Sequence record: LC788709.1
Reading direction: 5' to 3' (one strand)
DNA: 64,000 nucleotides
DNA from: Escherichia coli phage Shin27
Made by a program: the position numbers and the translations under genes. Positions 1-12,200 of the stretch are shown piece after piece; the stretch's first letter is position 1, and every line of letters starts with the position of its first letter. Under the pieces are notes generated by a model that saw only the letters and a program-made list of their open reading frames with translations, was not told the origin of the DNA and did no database searches.

Positions 1-189
1 TTTTTTTTTTTTTTTGAGAGGGTGCAAAACGAACCTCTTGCATTTTGCGTTTTCATATTGTACATAAGAACAGCCTAAGAATCAGCGAACTGTTAACATA
101 ACAGAACACGCGTTGCGTTGCTAGGATAATCAATGTTCAGGCTTGTTTCGCAGCAATATTTTTCAGTGACAGATTGCACTCCACTTATA

Positions 190-3100
190 CTACGGTAGTT
201 CTGTAATTGTTGGAGCATTTCCGTTAAGCATTGATTTTACAAGGTTTTTCAGTTCATATAACTCATTGCGTAATACGTTAATTTCCTCCTGTTGATTATC
301 AATCTTTGCTTTTTGCTCTTTGAATGCGTTAACAAGAAGTGCGACAACACCATTATAGTTAATGCCTTTGATTGCCTCGCCTTTTGGGTCTAGCTGACCA
401 TCGTTATTCAAAGAATGAACCGCTTCCGGCAAAACCCTTTCAACATCTTGTGCGATCAATCCAGCCTCAATACTATAAACGCTGTTTTCATCTTCAATTA
501 GATTGTTGCGCTTGTAGTAAGTATAACCAGTTAGATAATCAATTTTGTCGGATGCCGTTTCGATCTCTTTTAGATGTGCTTTTAATCTAATGTCAGACCT
601 GCTAACCCAATTTGATGCGCTACCATTTCCAGCACTATCAAAAATAAATTCAGCGCCCTTAACATAAAGATGTGTTTCAGCGCTGCCAGAAGTCCACGGA
701 ACAACATCCATGCCAGCTATCCAATCTTTCCCCCAATAAACAGATTTAAATATGGCAACCGCAGAATCAAATCCAGTGTGCTCAACAAGCAATCCAGACG
801 CACGACTACGCCAGTCGGCAAATGCACCACCCTCAACTTGACCAGCAATAAGAGCGTTTGGATCACCGCGCCTAACTCCATTTACATACATACCCCTTGC
901 GTAATCATCAGCATAAGATGATATGACCCTGTAAGTGTTTATTCCTGATGGAGTCCATGCAAATATTCTCGCTGAATCAGCAAACGCGCTTATGTGACCA
1001 TCACGATCCCATTTAAGACCTGAATCATGATCCCCAATTGCTATAGAGTAATCACCAAGAGCCGATTGAGCATCAGGACTTAATAACATCAATTGCTTAT
1101 CAGATCTTGCTATCCTGTACCATCCACCCCAAGAGCCATTATTGCAAATGATACCCCATTTATTGCCATTCATTGTGGTTGCAACAATATTTCCATACTC
1201 AACATGGCCGTTTGCATTTTTACGGTGAACATGCAATTCATACATCCACCAACCAGAGGCTTCAGGTGGTTGATATGTAACAAGTTCTCCGCTTGAGTAA
1301 TAACCGCTTTCTGCGTATGTTGACATAAACCCAAGAATGTTTGAAGTATCCGGGATGACAATTGCTTGACCACCAACAGGAGTGTTTAAGTTCTTTCTTG
1401 CTCCAACATCACTTGTTGCACCAGTGCCGCCCTGTTGAATTCCAAGAGGAACAAACTGTTGCGTTGCAGTATTCCAATAACCCCAGCCATCATTACCAAC
1501 CGTTAGGTATTTAATTGTATCTGGCGACTGAATAAATGTTTCACCATCACCCTGATTAAACCTGTTAACCTGAAAATTAATTCTCGCTTGAGCAACGTTT
1601 TCAGCACCAGTACCGCCAGCATCAATAGAAAGCGCAGATGTGCTGTTATTGTCATTACGCGTAACGCGCCATTCCCCATTGTTAGCGATCCGTAATTCAT
1701 AAGTCCATGCAGGATTACGAAAAGAATTATAAGCGCCAGCATATTGATCTTTTACAGAATTAACAGCCTCAACTTTTAGCGCCTCCCTTGCAAGGTCTTT
1801 GTTTGCAAGATCATTAAGGTTCTGATCCTTCTTTAACGACGCTTGCATAACCTGTTCTGCTGATGCAGCCGCTGTCTCCGCTCTATCTGCTGCACTGGTG
1901 GCATTAGTAGCTTTCTCTCCTGCTATTGTAGCGCTACCAGCGGCCTCCAGGGCCTTGTCTGTTGCTGTCGTTGCAGCAGTAGTGGCGGTATTTTTAAATA
2001 CCTCTGCTTCGTCTCTGTAGCCTTTGGTTGTGGTCATCGCTTGCGTAGCTGTATTCGCACTACCTGATGCACTTTGCTGAGCTAGCTTAGCAGCGTCTTC
2101 ACTAGCTTTTGAGTTAATTTCACTAGTCTTTGTATTAGTTTCTGAGTTTTTTGCTGCTAATGCTGATGTGGAGGCTTGTGCAGCGAATGCTTCTGCTTCA
2201 TCCCTGAATCCTTTGGAGTCAGAAGCAGAGGCAGCGGAATCAGCAGCATTAGTCTCACTAGTTTTTGCTGCTGCATATGCTGCTGCATTAGTCTCACTAG
2301 TTTTTGCATTAATCTCACTAGTTTTTGCATTAATCTCACTAGTTTTTGCTGCAGCTGATGATTCTTCACTAGTTTTTGCTGCTGCATATGCTGCTGCATT
2401 AGTCTCACTAGTTTTTGCATTAATCTCACTAGTTTTTGCATTAATCTCACTAGTTTTTGCTGCAGCTGATGATTCTATAGCAGTAGTTTCACTAATTTTT
2501 GCTGCAGCTGATGATTCTGCAGCTTTAGTAGCGGATGCAGCAGATTGAGAAGCAGAAATAGCAGACTGAGAAGCAGAAGCTTCAGAAGCTTCAGCAGAAA
2601 TAGCAGATTCATTCTCAGAATTCTTAGCATTAAGTTCTGAAGTCTTAGCAGCTATCTCGGAGTCTTTTGCAGTAGTAGCGTATTCTCCCGCCTCTGTAGC
2701 AGAACCAGCAGCAGCAATAGCCTGATTGGTAGATTCAGTAGCAGATGTAGCAGCATTTTGCTCAGAAGTAGCAGCAGCAGTCTTAGCAGCCTCAGCGTCC
2801 TTCTTAGCTTGTTCAGCTAATAGACGACTCTGTTCAGCATTTTGTGCAGCAAGTTCAGCAGAATCACGGAATCCTTTGGATTCCTCAGCTGACGTAGCAG
2901 AGGCATCAGCACTATCTTTAGATAAACCAGCTTGTCTCTCCGCTTCAGTAGCAGAAGCAGCAGATTGAGTTGCAGAAGTTTCTGAAGAGTTAGCGTAAAT
3001 TGCAGCTAGGTTCTCCGAGTCCTTAGCATTTGTTTCAGATTCTTTTGCTGCAATTTCAGAATCTTTTGCTGCCGCAGCAGAAGCAGCAGAGGCCTCAATA

Positions 3101-3240
3101 GCCCCTGTTAGTTCACTAGCAGTAATAGAACTAATAGAAGTACCTAAAACTACCGTATACTTAGGATATTTACTAGCAGTAGTTGTAGTGTCATCTATGT
3201 TCAGAATCTGCTGTACAATAATTTTAGTTTTAAGTGCCAT
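190..3240 (-). CDS. L-shaped tail fibre protein (T5 pb1-like) with A/S/T/E-rich repeat shaft and C-terminal intramolecular-chaperone-like domain
   Basis: 1016-aa ORF; low-complexity repeats; C-terminal ~150 aa resembles self-cleaving tail-fibre chaperone domains; distal end of tail module. Confidence 0.6.
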   Translation of the reverse strand: MALKTKIIVQQILNIDDTTTTASKYPKYTVVLGTSISSITASELTGAIEASAASAAAAKDSEIAAKESETNAKDSENLAAIYANSSETSATQSAASATEAERQAGLSKDSADASATSAEESKGFRDSAELAAQNAEQSRLLAEQAKKDAEAAKTAAATSEQNAATSATESTNQAIAAAGSATEAGEYATTAKDSEIAAKTSELNAKNSENESAISAEASEASASQSAISASQSAASATKAAESSAAAKISETTAIESSAAAKTSEINAKTSEINAKTSETNAAAYAAAKTSEESSAAAKTSEINAKTSEINAKTSETNAAAYAAAKTSETNAADSAASASDSKGFRDEAEAFAAQASTSALAAKNSETNTKTSEINSKASEDAAKLAQQSASGSANTATQAMTTTKGYRDEAEVFKNTATTAATTATDKALEAAGSATIAGEKATNATSAADRAETAAASAEQVMQASLKKDQNLNDLANKDLAREALKVEAVNSVKDQYAGAYNSFRNPAWTYELRIANNGEWRVTRNDNNSTSALSIDAGGTGAENVAQARINFQVNRFNQGDGETFIQSPDTIKYLTVGNDGWGYWNTATQQFVPLGIQQGGTGATSDVGARKNLNTPVGGQAIVIPDTSNILGFMSTYAESGYYSSGELVTYQPPEASGWWMYELHVHRKNANGHVEYGNIVATTMNGNKWGIICNNGSWGGWYRIARSDKQLMLLSPDAQSALGDYSIAIGDHDSGLKWDRDGHISAFADSARIFAWTPSGINTYRVISSYADDYARGMYVNGVRRGDPNALIAGQVEGGAFADWRSRASGLLVEHTGFDSAVAIFKSVYWGKDWIAGMDVVPWTSGSAETHLYVKGAEFIFDSAGNGSASNWVSRSDIRLKAHLKEIETASDKIDYLTGYTYYKRNNLIEDENSVYSIEAGLIAQDVERVLPEAVHSLNNDGQLDPKGEAIKGINYNGVVALLVNAFKEQKAKIDNQQEEINVLRNELYELKNLVKSMLNGNAPTITELP
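2245..2480. repeat. intragenic tandem repeats in tail fibre gene
   Basis: ~21-bp unit CTCACTAGTTTTTGC(A/T)... iterated about 8 times within two copies of a ~110-bp unit. Confidence 0.7.
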
Positions 3241-3662
3241 TATTGAGTTACTCCATCGCTGATGTATACTTTACCTTCCATAATACGGAAAGAATTGACT
3301 TCAGAGCCAATTACATCACGAGTCATTAGGATATCATAATAACCAGCAAAACGTTGTCTTGGGTTATACTTATCACGTTCTTTAGATGCTTTTTCACCAA
3401 TATTAGTAGTGTCTGCAATGGAAAGACTAATTGCAGCAGCACCTTGGGCAGCATCAATAATATGAGTTTTAAAATCAGCTAGAACCTCGGCGTTCTCATC
3501 TAAACTAGATTTAATAGTTCCTCGGAGTGAATATCCGGTTAAGTTAACAGGAACTTCTGTTGGTGGATATACACTGTCATCAACATCCATAAACTGCATG
3601 ATAAGACCATAAGGTACTTTCTCATCAACAACAATATCAATAACTCGGTTTTCTGTACTCAT
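3240..3662 (-). CDS. tail collar protein (T5 p132-like)
   Basis: 140-aa ORF between fibre and central-fibre genes; size and position match the T5 collar protein as recalled. Confidence 0.45.
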   Translation of the reverse strand: MSTENRVIDIVVDEKVPYGLIMQFMDVDDSVYPPTEVPVNLTGYSLRGTIKSSLDENAEVLADFKTHIIDAAQGAAAISLSIADTTNIGEKASKERDKYNPRQRFAGYYDILMTRDVIGSEVNSFRIMEGKVYISDGVTQ

Positions 3663-3667
3663 TATAA

Positions 3668-5725
3668 TTACCTTATATGGATATACCCACTATTTAGGTC
3701 TATCTTCATCTTGTAGTATGCTTCAGGGTTCCCTGATAATGCAGCATTTCTATCGTAGATTATATTAACACCTATTTGTGATAAGAAGGCATTTCCTGCC
3801 ACAATCTTATCAGCAGTTACAGTTCCATTAACAATCATGTTGCCATGAAGAACCATTGCAGGGTTAATCCATCCAGCCCCGTTCCATTGACGGGTAAATG
3901 CTGTTTGTGGAGCATTACTGTTAAATTGTGTTAAGACATCGTATTTAACTGGAGGTTTTCCAAAGTTATTTTGGAAGAATGCATTAGCCTGTCCATCATC
4001 CCAACCACCTAATCCAGGAATACCCATGGAGTACATCCCAGGACCACGCTGTCCATCATGTCCTATAGTACCTTCAGTACCACTCCACTGAACCACATCA
4101 GACCAGCTAGTACCTTCGAGAAGTTTGTTAGTAACTGGATCAAGTGTACCCGTAGTAGCATAGATATTTTGTGTCATATCTGTACGATTAGGTGGAGTTT
4201 TTGACCAACCAGGAGGTGGATAATCTTGTTCTAGCGGTTTAGCTGGTAGAGATGTTGCTAACTTATAAACAAATACTGTTTGTTTACCCTGTAATCCAGT
4301 ACCAATATCTACGTCACCATTTGGTGTTCCAATTACTACACCACTAGAAATACGTAGGGTAGTACCATCATAACGTATCCATTGTGTAGCATTACCAATG
4401 TCTAATTTAGCTTTGGCAGAGGTATTATCCATGCCCATCCAAATACCAGAGTTATTATCTCCCCAAGATTTACCTTGAGTGTAAATTGCTGGATTATCTT
4501 TACCAGACAAGTTAGTCATAATAAAGTTTGCAGCATTAATATCTCTAGTGATTACTTTACCATCAACGTTAACAATACGGTTTATAGGGTCGAAAGAAAT
4601 AGGTGCTTTACCTTCTTCATCTAGCAGACCAATGTTAATAGCACCAGTAGCTGCATCAATTAGGAATGTTTGTCTCCAGATTTCCCCATCTTTCATGCTG
4701 CCTTTAATAAAGGCATAGTTAACATCAATACCCGTCTCATTGACAAAGCTGTTGTCTAGAGGAGTATCTTCATTCAGAATAAATGTTACAGGAACTGACT
4801 CTGTTATATCTTGTTTATTTGGTCCCCAGGCAATTGATGATACCTTAAAAGTATGTTCAACTTTCCATGGGAATGATATAATTGTTGCAGCTCTGGCAGC
4901 ACCCACGTTTATCTTTTGAGCTTTAGCCCATCCGGTTTTAGCATATTCCTCGGAGTTTATGTAAGTAACCAAAAACTCACGAACGTTAGCACCAGCACCA
5001 CGTTCCCAATCCCACTCAATTCTAACATCATATCGTTCTTTACCATCTGCAATTCGTGCAGCTTTAAAAACAATATCGATAGGTGCGGTAGGAGGAACAA
5101 AGTTATAAGCTACAGTTAGAATACTAGGGAATTCATAGTATCCAGAAGAATCAACTGTAACACCATCAGGCATAGTTACTTGACCAGATATTCTGATCTT
5201 ATAATCTCCGATAGGAACTCCACCAAATTTAATAGTAGAACCTAAAGCCCCAATGTAATATTTAGTCCATGGACTGTCTTCAGTGGCTGTACTTTTTAAC
5301 TCAATAGTACAGTAGCTTGCTTCACCAGTTGTTTCCACAACAACTATCGGTGAGCCCACCCCAACATCCACGGGTTCTGACTCAGATCTTGCTGCAACAA
5401 TTATTGGCTTCTCTTTTGTTTTAAAGTTAGTTTCATTAGAGAGGTTAATACCAATTTTTGCATTTAAAAGTTCTGAGTCAATAATTGAGTCATAAAAAGC
5501 TCCCTGAACCTGATAGGTAGTTGAGGGAGTTAAGTTATTGATCATAACAAAGAAAGTGTCGATTCCAGTGAAATCTCTTCTATCCACTTCTTCGCCAAGT
5601 TTAAGCCAAAATGATCTACCGATAACATCGTAGTCGGTATAGATAGAATGCTGGATATACGCCATAGTATATCCAGTCATAATACTATTTAAGACCATCT
5701 TGGCTGGTGCATTATTCGAAATCAT
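3668..5725 (-). CDS. central straight fibre / tail tip protein (T5 pb4-like)
   Basis: 685-aa ORF directly downstream of the baseplate hub gene; size close to T5 pb4. Confidence 0.55.
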   Translation of the reverse strand: MISNNAPAKMVLNSIMTGYTMAYIQHSIYTDYDVIGRSFWLKLGEEVDRRDFTGIDTFFVMINNLTPSTTYQVQGAFYDSIIDSELLNAKIGINLSNETNFKTKEKPIIVAARSESEPVDVGVGSPIVVVETTGEASYCTIELKSTATEDSPWTKYYIGALGSTIKFGGVPIGDYKIRISGQVTMPDGVTVDSSGYYEFPSILTVAYNFVPPTAPIDIVFKAARIADGKERYDVRIEWDWERGAGANVREFLVTYINSEEYAKTGWAKAQKINVGAARAATIISFPWKVEHTFKVSSIAWGPNKQDITESVPVTFILNEDTPLDNSFVNETGIDVNYAFIKGSMKDGEIWRQTFLIDAATGAINIGLLDEEGKAPISFDPINRIVNVDGKVITRDINAANFIMTNLSGKDNPAIYTQGKSWGDNNSGIWMGMDNTSAKAKLDIGNATQWIRYDGTTLRISSGVVIGTPNGDVDIGTGLQGKQTVFVYKLATSLPAKPLEQDYPPPGWSKTPPNRTDMTQNIYATTGTLDPVTNKLLEGTSWSDVVQWSGTEGTIGHDGQRGPGMYSMGIPGLGGWDDGQANAFFQNNFGKPPVKYDVLTQFNSNAPQTAFTRQWNGAGWINPAMVLHGNMIVNGTVTADKIVAGNAFLSQIGVNIIYDRNAALSGNPEAYYKMKIDLNSGYIHIR

Positions 5726-8575
5726 TTAAATAGATGCCCAATCCACAGATTGCTCGCCATTATCACCTTCTGCTCTTATACGGAAGCGTAACTTCCTATT
5801 AATACCTAGAGCATCCTCGTTATGAAGAGCATAGTCTGCCTTATTGTATATCAGTAGATAATCGTAGACATACTGATCTTCAATTCGTACACTTCTTAAT
5901 AAACGATCTAGGTTATCGTAGATTTCGAGAGTGTAGAAGATTCCATCAATAATATCTTCTTCTGGAATTCTATCCCAGGCCAACTTAACGTCTGGTCCTA
6001 CAAACTCCGATGCATCTCCTGAAGCTGTGTTAGTAACCCTGAAATTACTAACGACGCTTAAGTTTTTAGCAGAGTTAAGTTCTACCGATAGTGTTACAGG
6101 AGAACTTCGTCTACCATTAATATCTACAGCTCTAATCTCAAAGACTGCTAAACCAGCAGGTTCTCCAATAATTTCTTGGATCATTCGTAGATTTGGATTA
6201 GTTTCTAGTTGCTGTACTATATAAGGATCAGCATGCCCAGAGTGAACGATGGAGTAATAAACAACGTTATTAGTTAAGCTAGGAAGCCAAGATAGCTCAC
6301 CATTCTTACCAATAGATCCTACTTGTCCACCAGGTGTTGGTGTATACATAAAGTCTCTAGGAGGCAGTACGTTATTACTAACATCAGGAATATCATTACC
6401 ACTATTATCTACCTGTTCAGAGTTAATAAATACATCTTCTCCATACTCTTGTAGAGTAATATTAATCTTGCCTTCTCTTGAGTTCTCAACCTCATCTACT
6501 AGGAAGTATTTCTTATTCCACCCATAACGGTCATAAGTAAACGCTACTGGATCGTTGGGTTCAATACCAATGAAATGGTAAGGTAGAGAGAAAGATAGAG
6601 TTCGAGAGTAACGAGACTTTTTAAGTTCTCTATCAGCAAAACTACGTGCAGTGTAGTAGTTAGTAATGTTTGCAAAGGATAATTGCAGCTTTTTATCTAA
6701 TCCTTTATCCTGCTCTTTAAATATAGAGTTAAAGAATGTAATGGAGTTAGTTTTCCAGCTTAATGCGGGATCTAGTATAGAGGCTTGTACTGAGTTAAAC
6801 TTATTTCTACCAGTAGTATCTGATAGCTCCAGATCACCATAGGTATCTAAGAAGTCAATCTCTAATGGGGTGTTTGAGAACTTCTCAACAGTTATTCTAT
6901 ACTGTCCAGATAAGTTGTTGATAGCACCGCCATAAGACTCTATTAATCCCTGCACGTTTTTAAATACTGACTCAGAGGTATCGAGAATAGTATTCATTTG
7001 AACTATTTGTCTATTCTCTCCTACAGCATCAGTCCATCCAACGTATCTCCAGTAGGGCTGCCAAGAAACCTGATAGGATTCATCAATGATATCCAGGATA
7101 GCTGCTTCTTGAATAAGTTGCTGGAGAGGGAACTGATCAATAGTGATATTAGCACCGTAGCGGTCAGAGGTTAGGTAGTCCAGAGTTTGCCAGATACCAT
7201 TTAAGCTAGTCTTATCAGCAGTTACTCTACCATCTGAATGATAGATCTTAATCTTCTTACCTTGAACTTCAGCGCTAACTTCTGGAATTTCTGTTCTGTT
7301 TTCATTAATAGTAAAGCGAACAATAGCATAAGCAGTATCTAACAGTTTATAACGAGTGTCCCAGTATTCCGGTCCATTCTCATTCATGTTCTGTAGATAG
7401 AAACCTTTCTCTTTTGCAATGTTAACTAGAACATCAGCAGCAGATTGATCAGCCTTACCATGATAAGTCCAGATACGGATATCGCCATTACCATCATTAT
7501 ACTTATATTCCTGTCCATGAACAGAAGGTTCAGAGCTTGGTTGACCAGAAGCAATACGTTGCATGGTATCGCCAGCTACTTTCTTAGTACCAAAGCAAGT
7601 ACGAGACTTACTATCATTAGGATCAATACAGATCATTGGTACATCACCAAAGTAAAAATCTAGGAACCCATCAATCTCACCCTCACAGAAAGCGTATACT
7701 ACATATACGATATTAGGATTATGCAGTTCAGTATCTGCAAATACTGGGACTCCAGGAATTTTCTGAACTCCATATACTACTGGCAGGAATTTAGCAGCTA
7801 AGTTAAAATCAAGATCTACTTCCTTAGTTACAGTCTCATAGTATTTCTTTAGGCTATAGCTTCTAGAAAGACCAAATAACTTTTTCTTAGATTGTAACTT
7901 ATAACGTTCTTCCTGAACCTGATACTTAGCAAGAATAGAAATACTCTTGTTAGCATGAAAGAATCCGTAGTCCTCTTGATATTCAGGTCGTTTAGCACCA
8001 TTAGATGGAACTAATTGGCCAGCAACAATCTCAAGTCCCCTATGGTCAGCATCATCTGTGAAACGTCCGTTTACTCTATCAAAGTCATAGAATTGGTTTG
8101 AACAGTTCCATGTAATAACAGATGTACTAACTCCAGAAGTACCAATGTTATCCTTAATACCACCACCAGTGATTTTACCACGGAAGTAAAGTAAAGGACC
8201 ATTAGTATCTGGATCTACAGGAAGAATGTTACCTTCTTCATCAATAACCGCTTGATGGATTGAAATAGATCTATCTAGGAAGGATACACCATTTTGGACT
8301 AGTTTTAATACTTCATCCTCAGCAGTACCTGTGATAGTAAAAGAAAGGCTACCAATGGAAAGTTTTCTATTTTGTTTATGTGTTGTTATAGACTTAACTT
8401 TACCGGATGTGTAAAGAATACCATTATAAATTACATCCCTAAAATAGTCTGTAAGATAAATGTACGCAGAACTTGATCCGGTAGAGCTTGGCAATTCAAG
8501 AGTAATAAGGCATGCAGTTTTTATTTTATTATTGGTTCTTAGATACTCTCTTGCACTGTCAAGAATTTTCTTCAT
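5726..8575 (-). CDS. baseplate hub protein (T5 pb3-like)
   Basis: 949-aa ORF following the distal tail protein; size and position match T5 pb3 as recalled. Confidence 0.6.
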   Translation of the reverse strand: MKKILDSAREYLRTNNKIKTACLITLELPSSTGSSSAYIYLTDYFRDVIYNGILYTSGKVKSITTHKQNRKLSIGSLSFTITGTAEDEVLKLVQNGVSFLDRSISIHQAVIDEEGNILPVDPDTNGPLLYFRGKITGGGIKDNIGTSGVSTSVITWNCSNQFYDFDRVNGRFTDDADHRGLEIVAGQLVPSNGAKRPEYQEDYGFFHANKSISILAKYQVQEERYKLQSKKKLFGLSRSYSLKKYYETVTKEVDLDFNLAAKFLPVVYGVQKIPGVPVFADTELHNPNIVYVVYAFCEGEIDGFLDFYFGDVPMICIDPNDSKSRTCFGTKKVAGDTMQRIASGQPSSEPSVHGQEYKYNDGNGDIRIWTYHGKADQSAADVLVNIAKEKGFYLQNMNENGPEYWDTRYKLLDTAYAIVRFTINENRTEIPEVSAEVQGKKIKIYHSDGRVTADKTSLNGIWQTLDYLTSDRYGANITIDQFPLQQLIQEAAILDIIDESYQVSWQPYWRYVGWTDAVGENRQIVQMNTILDTSESVFKNVQGLIESYGGAINNLSGQYRITVEKFSNTPLEIDFLDTYGDLELSDTTGRNKFNSVQASILDPALSWKTNSITFFNSIFKEQDKGLDKKLQLSFANITNYYTARSFADRELKKSRYSRTLSFSLPYHFIGIEPNDPVAFTYDRYGWNKKYFLVDEVENSREGKINITLQEYGEDVFINSEQVDNSGNDIPDVSNNVLPPRDFMYTPTPGGQVGSIGKNGELSWLPSLTNNVVYYSIVHSGHADPYIVQQLETNPNLRMIQEIIGEPAGLAVFEIRAVDINGRRSSPVTLSVELNSAKNLSVVSNFRVTNTASGDASEFVGPDVKLAWDRIPEEDIIDGIFYTLEIYDNLDRLLRSVRIEDQYVYDYLLIYNKADYALHNEDALGINRKLRFRIRAEGDNGEQSVDWASI

Positions 8576-9186
8576 AGACTTTCCCTCAAGGAAAGTGAAA
8601 TACCAGTATATGTACCATTACTATTTAACGTAGAGCCAAAACTGTCTCCGTTCATTAATTTAGTTCTAAACAGAATACCATTAAATACCGGTTTCTCACT
8701 ACCCGTAGTAGTAATGAATAGATCAGGATAAACACTTATATTCCAAGTATTTCCTGCTGTGTTGATAGAAGTGATTTTGTACACTTTTGGATGGTTGGAC
8801 AATTTAAATAAATCGCCTGGTTTAGGCAGTCCACGAAGTGTACCTTTAGTGTCCATAATAACTATTGAACCTTTTTGTCCGGCAGGAATATTTACAGCAC
8901 TAGTATCACCACGAACTCGGAAAGCCTCATATTGTGGTAATAACACATCAATATAGCTACCTGTTCTTTTATAATCTAGAATGAATGAGTCTAATTTAGC
9001 AAATTCATCTGGGAATAATTCTGGATAAGAGATATTAATACCCCAATATTGAGCAGACACCTTAACCTCCCTAACTTTACCATTAGGTAATTCATCACGA
9101 ATCATAGGGTCATTGTCTACTAAGTTAACGCTTTCAAAACCTAACCCTGATAGCTCTGGGTTCGTGTATGGGTCTGGTAGTCTCAT
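8572..9186 (-). CDS. distal tail protein (T5 pb9-like)
   Basis: 204-aa ORF immediately after the tape measure gene. Confidence 0.6.
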   Translation of the reverse strand: MRLPDPYTNPELSGLGFESVNLVDNDPMIRDELPNGKVREVKVSAQYWGINISYPELFPDEFAKLDSFILDYKRTGSYIDVLLPQYEAFRVRGDTSAVNIPAGQKGSIVIMDTKGTLRGLPKPGDLFKLSNHPKVYKITSINTAGNTWNISVYPDLFITTTGSEKPVFNGILFRTKLMNGDSFGSTLNSNGTYTGISLSLRESL

Positions 9187-9212
9187 AGTTAATTTCTCCT
9201 CTTAATAACAAT

Positions 9213-9241
9213 ATTATAATAGGATTGGAAAATTTTATCAA
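9213..9241 (-). promoter_or_regulatory. sigma70-type promoter (TTGATA-N17-TATAAT) upstream of distal tail protein gene
   Basis: read on minus strand; follows the terminator hairpin after tape measure gene. Confidence 0.45.
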
Positions 9242-9257
9242 GAAATTTTTATTTTTC

Positions 9258-9290
9258 CATAAAGAAAAGGAGGACATAAAGTCCTCCTCC
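9258..9290 (-). terminator. rho-independent terminator after tape measure gene
   Basis: GC-rich hairpin GGAGGAC-ATAAA-GTCCTCC followed by U-run on minus strand. Confidence 0.5.
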
Positions 9291-9294
9291 AGTA

Positions 9295-12200
9295 TTAAGA
9301 ATTACCAAGTGATTTCAGGGTGGTTCCATTCTCATTAAGAGCCTGTTCTACGGCATCCCTGAAAGCAGCACTGTTGCTCGAAGCAAAGTCTCGGAAGCTA
9401 GCCGCATCCATCGTACTGATGTTCAGCACAATAGGTCTACCCGATGTACCCTTTGAAGATCCTTTGAGTTCATCAGTAGGAGTAGCCTTCATCGGAACCA
9501 TAGGAGTGATTACTTCGGTACCATGTTCACCCATCTGGTAACTAACTCCAGGATACATATTACCACCTTCTGCACGGGGTACGAAAGAGTTAGCATTACC
9601 AATCCCTTGATCTCCTCGAATATAAGAAAGCTCACCTGCGTTAGCCGACATAGAAACGTCTACGTTCTTCTGGCGCTCTCCAAGAGTTAAGTAACCAGCT
9701 GTCTCAGCACCAGAGTCCCCAATAGAAGACATACCAGATGCAGAGGATGCTTGAGCAAGAGCCATAGCACCTGCTAAACCAGCCGCAACCATCAGAGGAA
9801 TAGAGAATGGATACGGAACAGCTGTTGCTGCCTGCATCACCGCTACTGCCGTCTGGATAATGATTTGCTTCTTAGCCGCATCTTGCTGGATCTTGAGCTT
9901 TTCAGCCTCTAACTTCTTGATCTTAGCTTTAGATTGCTCAGATTTACCATCACGTTTCTGTTCTGCTGCAATAGCTGCATCAATAGCACTTACCTGTTGA
10001 CCAACACTATACTGAATCATTGAAGATACAGTTTGCATACCAGCCGCTACTAGAGAAGTGGTATCCAGAGATCCTTGTGAAAACTGGATCATAGCATTAG
10101 TTAGGTTACCCATGCTTTGTGCTACAGCAGTTGCTTCGGAGTTCAGTTCAGACAGCTTAGAAATAGCCTGGTCATAGGATGCCATTCTATTCTGCATATC
10201 CATATTTGCTTTATCATCTCCTTCCAGTCCAGTTGTTGGAGTGTAAACACCACCAACAGAAGAAGTGACTTGCTGCTGCATCTGAGCATCACGTTGCATC
10301 TTAAGCTGTGCTAGAGCTGCCGAAGTTTCTTGGATTTTACGCTTATACTCTTCCTGAGCTTGTGCATTTCCTTTTGTAATTTCCAGTAAACTTTGGTACA
10401 GAGCTTGCTGTTCGGTTAGTCTCTGAGATTCCCCCGTAACGTTTCTGCTAGTCTGTGAAATATTAAGAGCTCTTTCACGTCCAGAAGCCATTTCCCTTTG
10501 CTGATCCTGACGGAATTTCCAGATTTCACGTTCAATTTGTGCCTGAGCTCGTCTTGATTGTTCAGCTTCCTTCTGCTTATCAATCTGCTTGGAGTACCAC
10601 ACATACTTCTCTTTCTCGATAGTCAGTTCAAGGTTCAACTGAGCTAAACGATATTGAGTATCTGTCATAGTACGGTTATTCAGGAGAGCAATTTCACGAT
10701 CAACACCAAGAATCTTATCGGTATAGTCCTTAACCTTCTTCTGAGCTTCCATACCCTGGTTAGTGATCTTGATACGTTCTAGCTGAATCTTAGCTATCTC
10801 ACCTTCGATTGCTTTGTTACCCTTGTTAGTTTCTAGGACACGCTTAAGAGCTGCTTCCTGTTCTTCTAACTGTTGGATTTCCAGACGTCTACCAGCTTCC
10901 TGTGCTTTCTCTTTGTCCTTAGTCTGGCTATACACTTCGGCAATCTTCTGCTGAACTTCTAGCTGATTCTTAGTCTCATTACCAGTTAATTTTACATAAC
11001 CAGCAAGAGCTTGTGAAGCAGTCTTCATCTCACTAAGAGTATTATACCCTAAGTTCAGGCTCTTAACATACTCATCAGCATTTTTACCAGTACCCGCGGA
11101 TAGAGACTCAATAGTCTTAATCGTATCTGATAAGGATGCACTAGTTTTAGCCGCAGTATTAGTATTCTGAGCGATGTTCTGGATATCGTTAGCTAAATCA
11201 CTAGCAGTTTTCTTAGCCTGATCATATGCTTTCTGCTGTTCTGTCAGTCCTTTCAGAGTTGCAGAGTTGAAGTCATAAACCGCATCAGGGTCATTTGCAT
11301 CTTTCTGTAGGTTAATTTGCTTCTGGAATTCTGGATTAGCCTTAGCAGCTGCAGCACCAGCAGCTTGGTATGCCGATTTCCATGCATTAAGATTGCCAGT
11401 TGAATCCTCTACTTCCTTATCAAGACGCTCTACCTGGAGAGCTAATGCAGCAGTATCTGCAATAAATTTCTGGTTTTCTTCAGAAGATCCTATGCGAACT
11501 CCTCCTACTTCAAAACCTCCTGCAGCTAACCCTACCGGTGCACCTTGAGCAACTAAACGAATAGCCCCTGCTGTAGATGCATCTGCTTGCTGCATACGCT
11601 TATCTAGATCAGCTTTTAACTTATTACGCTTTTCTAGAGATTCTTTGTACATATCAAGAGCTTTATTATATCCTTCCTCAGAAGCGGAAAGACTTAAAGC
11701 TACAGCACCAACGTTAGTTGGGTCAATCTGACGGTTAGTTTCTTCCTGTGCTCTAGCAGCAGAGGCCGAGATAGATGCTTGAGAAGTATAGAACACTGCG
11801 TTGATAGAATCAATTACTGGCCCTAAATACTTAGCAGCAGCCTGTTGAACCTTTCTCAGTGCAGCATCAGCATTAGCAGCAAACTGTTCCCAGGGGGTTG
11901 CACGAAGTACATCATCAAGATAGCCGAAACGTTTAGTAGATTCAGCGATAACTGCGTTAGCATATGCTTGTTGCTTCTGGAAAGTAGAGAGACTATTAAC
12001 GTTATATGTAATACCTGTGTTAGCAGCATTTAACTGTTTAACGTAGTCTGCGTAAGCATCGTTAAGACGAATAGTAACACCAAGTTCGTCCAGAAGTTCG
12101 ATTTCTTGTTTAGATACACCCTTGATTACACGGTTAAGTGCATCAGTCATATCAACACCAAGAACAGCAGCAGCACGACGAGCTACTAGACCAAATTTAT

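Noticed and set aside
190-3240. Diversity-generating retroelement acting on the tail fibre
   Set aside because: No reverse-transcriptase-like ORF and no template-repeat copy elsewhere in the window; the repeats are simple in-frame tandem units.
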